Source: Yuukianura sp. NJ FZ-2021 (Eukaryota). Taken from it: a stretch of 64,000 nt of DNA. The translations under genes were made by a program, and so were the position numbers. Every line of letters starts with the position of its first letter. The stretch's first letter is position 1. Positions 10,470 through 21,600 of the stretch are shown here, piece after piece. Under the pieces are notes generated by a model, which was given only the letters and a program-made list of their open reading frames with translations, ran no database searches and had not been told where the DNA came from. The stretch covers positions 7,874,001 to 7,938,000 of the forward strand of contig CM102287.1 in the NCBI GenBank assembly GCA_046563655.1. The letters are read 5' to 3'.

Positions 10470-13400
10470 ACATAGTTTCCAACAGAATGACCGCCATTAC
10501 GCAAACAGACATTTCAAGAGTCAACAACTTCTGTTCAAGTATCGCCCAATCGCAACTGACCAACATCAACCAGTTGGACAATCAAGTTACAAAATTCCTC
10601 CTTCTGCCGCAGCGTTGGTTGAAGCAGCGCAACGTTCAAGAACCAACGCGAAATTTTTCAACATTCAATCAAAATTTTGCTACATGCCACTCAAAAAATC
10701 TCCCGCCAAAAATGTACTAAGTTAGGTCAAAGTTTTTAGTTCATACGAGCAAACGATGGTCGACATGCTGTGTATACTGCGTTCAAATCTGCGTTGTTTG
10801 TTTGCTTGTTAATGTTTATTTATTCAAATACAAATTTATATGATAAATATTTTATTATAGTTTGAAAACGCTCGTTAGTTTACATGTCGGTCGACCAGAA
10901 GACGTATTTCCATGTACTTGTACCACTCTATGAATGAATTTTGTTTTGTTAACTTACGTGTAACGTTGTTTTTGTAACGTAAGCAAAATCTTTTACTTTT
11001 TTCAACATTATGATTTTAGTTTTTGAAAGATTTTATACTCAATTTGCGTATTCTGATTGTAGCATTGTAAAACGAGTAATTAAGAAATTTCACACCTTTC
11101 GTCACATGTACTCAATTAGCTTACACTTTGTTTCTTAAAGTGAATCACTCCTACCTTGCTTGTCTCCTAATCACCATCGAGGTGTTGTTTGACATGACCT
11201 GAAAAATGTTAATTGTAACTTTGACCTAGTGATGAAAAAAGTAGTTTGGCAAGAAGATGTTAGGTAGGAATTATAGTTCCAGGATGTTATGGATAACATA
11301 ACCTTTAGGTAATCAGGTCGCTTGACAAAGCTAAGTCACTTGAAGACGCAGTGAGTCGAGTGGCACATCCATTTATTACGTCCTATTCTTTCCCCGTGTT
11401 CCTTTACGACGCTCAATTAATCTTCCCAAGAACATTTCTCCGTATTTTCCCCCTCTAAACTTAACACTTCCACTTCACTTTCAATTCTAACATAACAAGT
11501 TCTACTTTTTTCAAACTACGAACTAATTTCAGCACTAGGACTAATTTCAGGAGGAGCAAACCAAAGATCATGACATTGACATTACTTTTTCCGGAGTACG
11601 GGAGGAGGAAGACCGTGGGAGTGAGTGACATGTCATCAAATGAGAAAGTGGGACGGCCACGGATGTCAAGTCCCGTGGGGTCTAGATACCCTGTGTCAGG
11701 GTAGGCCATGTCACTTTCCAATGGACACCTATTAAAGTCCCATTAAGGACAGACTCAGCCCTTGAGGACATTGGCAGAAGGAGGGCTTCTCATCAAGCAG
11801 CCTAATCCTCACACTCTGTCGGAATTCAGTATCACACTTTCTTCTGAAACGTCAAAGGGATACTGGGCTGGTGTGCTTTCTGGGAAGAATAGCCTAGTCA
11901 TTTGGCCCATTGTCTCCCAATTGATTTGTCATAAAGTTGTCAGAGACCCAACACACGGAGGTCATACTTGGATGTATTTGAACATTATCCTAATTTGTTT
12001 CATTTTGAAAAAGAAAAACGCTTGGAGAGCCTTCACGTAGAGCTTAGAAGAAAAAAATTGTGCTGAAGAAAACCGGAAAGCTTTCTGAAATTCTTGAATT
12101 TTTTGGTCCTTCAAACATTTTGGCTGATTGATTGCTTCGGAAGTTGTCAATATTTTGACCAGTCAGAATTTTCATATTGACTGATCGGGGGACTCCTTTT
12201 CAAGTTGAGATCACAAGCAGTGGAAACCTTCGAAAATTTGAATTGGTTGTTTTTAGGTAGGTTGGTAATCTGATTCTGACATAATTGAAATTGAAAATTT
12301 CATGCCAAAATTTAAAAATCTCAAAATGAGTCTTTTTACTCGAACAATCAAATATTCTACCCAACTAGTAACTTCCATTTGAAATTGCAGAGGAAGCCGA
12401 CGTTTTTTTCTAAGTGGCGTCAAGTTAAAATAAGAAAAAAAAATTGTCATTCTTCATTCGAAGAAAGATTGCAATTTATAAAAATTCCAGCAATAACTTC
12501 ACGATTCTGTACGAAAACATAGATATACTTTTTATGTAGAAAAATTGGAAAGCAATCTAATTTTAATTTCCAGATACTTTTCACTTCGGGTCTATTTCGA
12601 ACCTTGCTGTTTTTTGGCGTGGTTTAATTTTTAGTAAGTTTTGAATGACCTGTCCCGTGAGACCCCTTGGATCCAAACTAACTTGACGAAAGACGTGAAT
12701 GGGAAGACACGCATCAGAAGTTAAGAGTCATTAATTAATTTCTCATCAAGGATTGTCATGCAATGGGGCTGGGATCAAGAATCCATCATCAACATCCCCC
12801 CCACACACACAACCACAAACCTTCAATACAAAGGATACACCAACCATCAAAAACTTGTTCCAAAAGAAAACTTAATTTCATTTGGGAAAATTCACACTTG
12901 TTTACTCATGTTTAGATTATTCCCACTGTTCAAAATGGAAACTGATTTCTGTGTGCAGTACCACATGAAACAAAAATAGTAACAAAACTTCCTTCTGAAT
13001 GGTACGATTGTTGCATGTTGCAAAAATTCTCTACTCGCATCAATGAATAGGAATTGAGCACGTCAAAAGATGAAAATGTGAAGAAAGGAATCATATTCCG
13101 ATGATTCCTTGAAGCAGAATGGAAAACTGATTCTTCTGTTGGAAATCTGTGAATTGAAGTAGTGGAAATCTAAACAGCGACATGAAAACTAAGGTGCTAA
13201 TGACTTTCTAGTCATTCACTATTCACTTTGTGTAATTATTTTTTTAAAAAAAACGGTATTTCAAAAATACTGCATCTCGGAAGTCTGACCTGAGCATCGC
13301 TATTTGTTCTCGTGCCGAAATTTTACAAAATTTCAAATGGATCTAAATTTTACGTATGAAAATCGGATAGCATTTTTCGGAAAATCGTTCCCAATAGTTC

Positions 13401-15487
13401 TAAATGGCAAATCGGGAGTACTGATGTATTGATATTTTCAGGTTGCATGTTTCTCAGATGCACTGGACTAGAATCATAAATTTTACAAAATCTTCAATTT
13501 TAACATGTTTTTGCAAAACGTTTTTGGCCAAAGTAATTTATTAGCAGAACATGAAATTATGACTACGTTGATGCTGTTGAAAGGAGAATCGAATGGAAGT
13601 GATTTTGAGAAACAGTGAACGAGGGTATTGTTTCTGTGGGTTGTGAATGAGTCACTGGGGTTGAAGGGGTTGAAGTGTGTAATGCGATGTAATGATGGCA
13701 GAGGGATGAGGGATGATTTAGGAGGTCCCTTGCCAATGGTTTCCAACAGCAGTCTAATAAAATCCAAGGAAACCGCGAGTAATGGATCTCTCATTTCCAA
13801 AAACAGGGGAAAGTCACTGGAGATTTGAAAAGACGCCCCACAAAAACAAATCTGCGCCCCGAGCATGACGGTGAAAGCACAATCCGAAACATAAATTGCA
13901 AAAATCTAATGAGAAACTTTCTCCGCTGAACTAATTTGGCCATTTGCGATTTCCGTTTCAGTGAAACTTTGCTACGTAAAAATAAAAATTCGCAAACAAG
14001 CCAAGTTTAAATGAAATCCTCCTGCCTTAATGCTTCTTTTTTGGAATTTGTTAGTAAAAGTTTGTTTAGAAGCACAGAAAGAGATGCGTGGTAAGTTTGT
14101 GTAGGGCGGAATGAAGTTAATTAGAGTTGTAGTGCGGATGGATGGGATGTCGACATTTTCTCGGGAGAGATGATTGGAATGGAGGAATTTGGGATTGACT
14201 CGCAGGAAGACGGAGCCAACTGGTGCTATGTTAAAGGGAGACTCCAAAGAAAGCTTCGGCAGATGAACAAGGAAGCTTCGGAATTGGAAGACTTGAATAC
14301 AATTTCCAGTTCTCACCATTAATCTTGTTTTCTCCTTCCACTTCTGAAGGGCTTTGATGGAAGGGATTCAACTCTATACCAAAACTCCCTCCAATATTTC
14401 CAAAAAAACTTATTTCCAAACAAACCCCTATTTTCAGAAACTTCACCAAAACGAAAACCCTCGTTTCCAAAAACTTCACAAAACGCAAACCATTTTCGAA
14501 AACTTTGGAAACTGGAAACGGTTCACGTTTCTAAATTTGGTCTAGAATACTTTTTTCCGTCTTTGGAACTAAAATTTTGAATCAAAATTTTCCTAACGCT
14601 TTCTGTCGCTCTCGTTAAGTTCGTCAATGCTTGATTTGGATCGGTTAAGCTAACTTTAGCGTCTCAGGCCTTAAGTTAGGCCTTGTTTAGGTTTTTTTAC
14701 GTTAGGTATCTGATCTGTCGAAGTAACTTTTTTAATAAAGGATTTTGTGACCAGATGGAATGAAGAGTTGCCTTGTGATGGGTGACAAGGACAGGAGACA
14801 ATGGCCCTCTGTCACTTCTTCCCTTCTTCCAATCAACTTCTTCTTCCAACATGTCCATTCCCAAGCAGTTTCTTTTAAATTTTTACAATTGACACTCTCT
14901 CAGATGCAACTGACACTTAAAATGGTCAAGCAAGACTTGGTCGGACAGTCGCCAGTGATCTTGAGTTTCAAATCTTAGCAATCAGATCCTGCCAAAAAAT
15001 TAGATCCTTGTGTTCCCCTTAACAATTTTGGACAGAGTCAATTAGGCAAAGAAAAAACCGGATTGGCTCCATGGGAGTCCGGTTTGTCCAAATTTCAATT
15101 TTGAAAGTGACCAAAAAATGAGATCAATTGTGTAAACTTTAAGCCTTTAAGGCAGCTTCTTCTTTTCCTCTTTTGAAAGGTGTTTGCACGCAGAAGGTGA
15201 AAAGATGATTTACGATTTTGTGAATCTCCGGGGAGTCTTGGTTCAAGTTCAAAATTCTGGATGGGGGTTGACCTCTGACCTCATTACAGGGTCATCTCTG
15301 CAGGGATTTTCAATTTCTGTGGAAATTGCACAAGATGTGATGTAATTTCATTTTTTTTTGAATCCGCGCGCTTTTTGATTAAGGTTAGGCTAGGTCACCC
15401 CCATTTAATTGAAAAGGGGGTGCAGATCAAATTGTATTTTTTCCTGAATTTGATGAGGGGGATTCATGTCCATTTGAAATCGAGTCT

Positions 15488-15598
15488 GCGATGGATCTCA
15501 CAAAGTTTGAAAAACTAAACTCAGGCTTTAGTTAGCTCCGCGATGAATCTCCCTCAGCAGCTCAGAGCCAGATCAAGTCGCAGCTTGCGATGAATCTC
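15488..15598 (+). repeat. Three spaced copies of the 12-mer GCGATGRATCTC
   Basis: GCGATGGATCTC 15488-15499, GCGATGAATCTC 15540-15551 and 15587-15598. Confidence 0.7.
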
Positions 15599-16831
15599 GT
15601 AGGCAGCTAAGTTTGAATGGTTTAGGCCGTAGCCTTACTTAGGTTAGGTTCTCGTCGGTCTGTCTGTCCAAGTCGAAGGTTTCAACTTGGCAGAAGAGAG
15701 GCATAGCAGGAGTGTTGCTAATAGAGACCCACCCCATGGTTGCGCGATGGCCGTGTTTTCTCTGCCTCAAAAAGAAAACTCATCTATCATTCCTTGTCCA
15801 AATCACCTCACGACGGCGGCAGTTTTCCTTACAGCCTTCACTTACAACCAACACAAAATGCTGCTCAGAGTCTCCCTTCTTCTAAAATAGAGCTCACAGT
15901 CTACCCACCAGCAACAGTCGCCGAGTCAAGCGAGATCCAACAGGATCCAGCGTTGCCTAACGTAATCGACGCAAAACTAACCTAATCTAGTGGTCACTTT
16001 TGCGAAATTTTGGATTTGGAGCTTAGTAGAGGCCAATTAGAATAAGCGTGGGAAGGATTTTCGTGTAAGCGGAGAAAGTGGTGAAAGTGATTCTTTTTTT
16101 TTGTAAAGGGCCGCCTGCCCCTAAGAGTTCTGAACCTCGGATGTGATTTATGGGGCAATAATTTGTGCTCCCTGGTTTTCTCGGTTTCTTGTTGAAACGG
16201 GATCCTCCTTCCAGGAAGAAAGAAGATCCACTCTTACCCCAAAAGAACTTTTTGTTGGACTAACTGGAAAATGGAATGATCTTGTGCCGGTGCCAGAAGA
16301 GGCTCAACAAGCCAAAACCCTCACTTTCTTCTTACGTTCTTTCACCAGAGACCGAAAGGAAGAAGGAAAACAGAGATTCAAGTTGATTTATTTCGCCGTT
16401 TAGGACCACTAAACTCCTTTCCCACCTTTTCAAACTCAAGTTTAACTTTTCAACCCTCTAGAATCGCTTGAATTAATTCACTGAAATAAGAACTCTAGAA
16501 CAGGTGAATTAATGCGCAGAATCAAGAACTAAAGCCTAGCCCGGAAAATTTCTGCAAAAGAAAACACTGGAGAGAAAGCAGAAATTAATTTGAAAGAATT
16601 TTTGCCAAAAAAAAGACAAAAAAGGTGATACGGAAAATTGAAAAAATTGAACTTTATAAACGAAGTCGAACGAGAATTTGAGACTAATTTCTGTGCAAAA
16701 ATGTTTTACTAGACGCCAATTGGAAATGAATCTTGATGATGCTGCGGCAGATCTCTAATTTCAAAGTTATGATGAAGTCTCTGTGAAGTTGTGAAGATTT
16801 GAATTTTTAAACGTAAAAATTTCAAACGAAG

Positions 16832-18648
16832 ATGAGTTCATTTTTGATGAACAATTCTACAAATCCGACGAACTATTTAGATCCGAAATTCCCACCGCCC
16901 TTGGAAGAGTATGGACCACCTTCTGTAGGAAGTAGTGGACTCCAGTGCTACAGCGACTACTATGGACAGGGTATTCCGCAAGCCACTGGCCTCCCTCCCC
17001 ACCCCCAACACTTCCCGTCCCACCACCCCCACAACCACCACCAAATCTACTACCACCACCAACAACAGCCCCACCACCATTCCCACCCCCACATGTCTCA
17101 GCCCCCACCACAACAACCCATCCTCTACCCAAATACTTCTGCCGATCCGGTGGGGCGGCCCCACGTTGAATCTCCCACGCTCAGTGGCTTCAACCCTTCA
17201 GCCCCACCTTATCCCGTGATGACCCCGCAGCATCTCCAGCCCCACCAAATGCAACAACCTCCACCTCCGGCGGCTCAATACTATCCCATGGAAGATCCCT
17301 CCCAGCAACAACAGCAACTCTCTAGTCCATCCCTCAATGGTCTCAGCAACTTCATGACCCAGCAGCTCCATATAACTCATGGCGGGGTCAGCGGAGGTCA
17401 TCGGAGCAAGACTCCTTCCCCACCAGGGTCAATGCGTGGCCTGAGTCATGGTGGGGCAGGAGGTGGTGGCTACCTGGGCAAATACGAGTCAGCGGACTGT
17501 TCTGGTCCTACTACAAATAATAACAATAATTGTGATGTGAGTGTGACAAATAACGGGGGTGGGTGTAGCAGCATGTCCAACGGAACCCCACCCAATTCGA
17601 GACTGACACTTCTGGATCCTGACAGTGTAGAAATGACCATGAGTCCTGGAGAGGGAGATGACGATGACAGTAGTACGAACATGCCATCGGACTGTTCTGA
17701 AGATGGCGAAGATGGAGAACGAACTGTTTATCCATGGATGAAAAAAATTCATGTCGCTGGAGTAGGTGAGTTCAAAAAAATGAAATACCGAAATACGGAA
17801 ATCCCAAAATTCAGGCTGCTTCTAGGCGTAACTTCGAGAAAAATTGCTGGAGGTTTTTCGCTGCACTTTATCTGCTTAACTAAATTTATTAGGATATTTA
17901 TTAAATATACTTTTTTGAATGGAGTGGAACTTTTTAAAGTGGAATTTCCAGGATAGCTTAATTTTGAAATTGAATTTGTTTTTCTGAAAATTGTCCCGAA
18001 ATCGAATTTCGCAGAAGCGTGAATAGGTTGAAAACAAAGTTTTTTTTCAAAATTGAAAAGAGAGACTACGGAAGTATTTGGAGAAAGCGGGAAGATTGGC
18101 AGGCGGGTGAAAGTGATTTTGTGTTTTCTTTTCCTTATTTTCCAGCTAACGGTTCGTGCCCACCGGGAATGGAGCCAAAGCGTCAGCGAACAGCCTACAC
18201 TCGTCACCAAATTCTAGAACTTGAAAAGGAGTTTCATTTCAATCGATACCTTACACGTCGAAGACGAATTGAAATAGCTCACAGTCTTGTTCTCTCCGAG
18301 AGACAAATTAAAATTTGGTTTCAAAATAGAAGGATGAAGTACAAGAAGGACCATAAGTTGCCAAATACAAAAAATACGAGGAGAAAGCCCAAAGGGGCGC
18401 AAGGTCAAGCGGGTCAGCAGCAGCCAGGGGGAGCTGCGACTTCAGCAATGAGTGGAGGTGGTCAAGGTCAAGTGACCTCGGGTCAGCGTCATCAACAACA
18501 AAATAACAACTACTTGTCACCAGATCTGAGTAGTTTCTTAGGAAATTCATCATCTTCGGCTTCCTCAACCGTGTCGAATCCTGATGGAATTCAATTGGCT
18601 GGAATCAAATGCTCTCCGTCTCCAGAGTATGGACTCACGTCATTGTAG
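16832..18648 (+). CDS. Dfd: Deformed (Hox4), 478 aa; exons 16832-17765 and 18146-18648
   Basis: N-terminal MSSFLMN and DPKFPP..EEY motifs. Hexapeptide [11 protein letters not shown] 380-nt phase-1 GT-AG intron restores the linker [24 protein letters not shown]. Homeodomain [59 protein letters not shown] is followed by the Hox4-diagnostic KLPNTK. C-terminus YGLTSL. AATAAA at 19278-19283. Confidence 0.98.
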
Positions 18649-21600
18649 TTCGTAATTTTTGAACTTTCCATTTGCATTTTTCGAAACACAGTTTCATAAT
18701 TTTGATTTTCAAAAATTTTGAGGCAGAAAAAATCATACACAGAGTTCTAAACCAAAATTGGCAAAGTTTGCAAACATGTAACTTTTTTTTAACCAAAACC
18801 ACTTTAAAATTAATGTAATACAGTTGCCGTTACTGAATTCTGCCGGATTGCTTTGTTTTAACTTGTGTTAAAAATGTTAAAATTCGAAACGATTTTTGAA
18901 GAAACTCCCAATTGTAGGTTTTGTACCAAAACGGTTTGAAAGTTCCTTTAGTTTGTTATAATTTATTTCCTCAGTTAGGTAATTTATTTGAACTGTTGTT
19001 TAATTTTTAAAGTTAACGAGCGTAGTTGAGTAAAGCGGAAGTGTTAAAACTATAATTTTGTGTCAGGAAATGTTGAAACTGTTAAGTGCTTGAGGCAGGA
19101 AGCCAAAGTTGAAACAGTTTTGGTTAGTTTAGAGTGAGAATTGATTTCCTAACGAGAGATCCAAAAGATTTGTGAATCCTTAATTTTATGAAGGCTAAAC
19201 TGAAACATGGTGTACACGTATACGACTAAAAAACTATTGTTACTCCACTTGACCTTTGATCGTATCAAACTGGTTCAAATAAAGTGTGGTAAACTTTGTG
19301 TGAGAAAATTCAATTTTGACTCAAAATTATTCCAAACGTGACTATATAAATTCAAAAAAAAATGTTTGCTAGAAGCTAACAGTTCGTTAGAAATTGTTCT
19401 GGATTTTTGGTTCATTTGGAACCTGACTTGAAATGGGAATTTTTATGGTATGTTCGGTTCTCTGGGGAATTGAACAGGAGGCTAATGAGAAATTGGCATT
19501 CAATGTAATGATGCCTATTGACCTCGTGACCTCATCCTCTCCCTCTGGTCATTTCAAATTAAACTAAAGTTGTACAGTTAATGTGTAAGTGACAGTTAAT
19601 TAATTGTTATGCTTTCCCGTATTCGTGTTATGAGTTTCCGTGAATTGAAGAAAAAGTTGCGTTTTCTGGCTTTCTCCGTTGATTTCTCTCGAGAATATTA
19701 AACTTTCGAAATTGCTAATTTAGGAGAACATAAGTAATGGAGAAAACAAATTCTCAAAAAATGACTTTCTAGTGCTTTGTCAAAATCAGACATTCTTCAC
19801 ACAAAGTTGATTTGAAAGAATTTCCAGTTCTAATGTCGTGGTTTTACTACGATGAAATTTTTTTGATGCTGAAACATGTTAGTACTAACTTTGAATTTAT
19901 TACTAGATTTGTTGATACGTTGTTGTAGCTTGTAGGTATCGTATTGGCTTGTATTGGATTCAATTGAATCCTTCACTTATGTATTTTTTTGGAAAGTATT
20001 TTTATGTCCCTGATCCAAATTGTGTAACTGAATTAGTCCCAAGAGGTCACTTAGCCTTTGACCTCCAAAAAAGGAAGCTTAAGCTGCTTTGAACTTGTTT
20101 GGAATTTGGGCGATGATCCATCTTGCTGCGTCGTTGTTTGGACTAGGGTCTGTTGCCTATTATGACTCGGGGGATGAATGATGGCTCTCTGATTCCGGAT
20201 TCAACACACACGATCTTCTCGGCTTCAAAAGTCAGTTGGTCACATTCAGGGACATGAGTAAGTTTAGGCTAACAAAATACGTTTAAGTTAGCCCGATTCA
20301 AAAAAACCAAAGGTAAGTTTTGGCAACAAAACGTGAGGAATCAGTTGCTTTTCGGTCAAAGATCTATGAAATGTTGTTTAAGTTTAGAGAAAGGCTATTC
20401 ATAGGGTCAGTGATGGTCAGTTGATGAGAGATGGCCAAAGGGGTGTGGTCAAGTGGATCTCATTATGCGTCCATAAAACTCCCAGAAGAGCAATTGAATT
20501 TCAGCACAGACGAAGATCCACTGCAAAAGAAGGGCACAGATGAAAGCAAAACTTTCAGGAACCAGCGGGGATGCTTTTAACTCAGTTGGGACACCAAAAC
20601 TTCACAAATAATTTACAGTGTGACCCACACGTTTTTCACAAAATTCTAAATTTGGAACTTAAAAGTGAAAGTCAAAAGTCAATTTTTCAACAATGGTTTT
20701 AAAATTCCAATTTTGAACTTGTGTCTAATTTGAGCAAAACTGAAACAGTTTAGAAACTGAATGCGTCCGAACTTGGGGTGTGCTTTTTAGGCATAATTGT
20801 TCTTAACGGGTTAACGTCTTGGAAGGTGGTCCAACCGTCACGGTCCTTTTGACACATTTCCAAAATCTTTTGTCCTGGGCCCTTAACTTAGCTATTCCAA
20901 GGGTCCCCTTAACCCTTGGTCGGATTATTACTAAACAAACTTATGAAAAACATGAAATATTTGTCAAAAAATGTTTCAACAAACAAGATGGATTTGGTTG
21001 GGACAAAAAAGAATCAAATTCAAACCCAAAACTCCATTTAAATTTTATTTTACGGAATTCTACGTGTTTTATGAAAGAGAATTCAGTTAATTTTGTCTCC
21101 CACTTGATTACACCTTTGTTGATTCAATTTTTCAACGTTTTTCGATCTCTTTCGGAAATTTTAAAATCGGAACCCATTTGAAGTTTGAAATTGAAAAAAA
21201 ATATGAATTGGAGTTGCTGATTTTGGAATTGTATGAAAATTGGCGATTGATTTGAGACTAACTTCAGCCCGCAGAAGTTTTGTGGTTAAATCAACAGCAT
21301 GAATTCGATTCCAATTAATTCCATTGTTCCTTCCGTGTGTAAAAGGCAATCAAGCTCCCTTAAGGCACAAATTTTACAACAATGAAACTCTGTGCTCTTC
21401 AATTCAAGACCGCCAAAACCCTTCTAGCTACTTTCGTGCTTTAGTAAAACAAACACTTCAGTCATTTGGTTCATCAATTGATTAAACCAACAAATATCAA
21501 CGTTTCAAACACCGCAAGCTACTCTATAGGTCTCTTCCTTTTTCAAAATTTTCAAAAAATCTACTTTTCCAATTCAAAATTTTGTCAAAAGGAACTCAAT

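Noticed and set aside
17766..18145. ORF-track extensions of Dfd (to 17956, and from 18019)
   Set aside because: Read-through into an intron; splicing 17765 to 18146 restores the conserved Dfd linker.
16857..18568. Many overlapping antisense and alternative-frame ORFs within Dfd (and likewise within Hox3)
   Set aside because: Shadows of GC-rich, low-complexity coding sequence.
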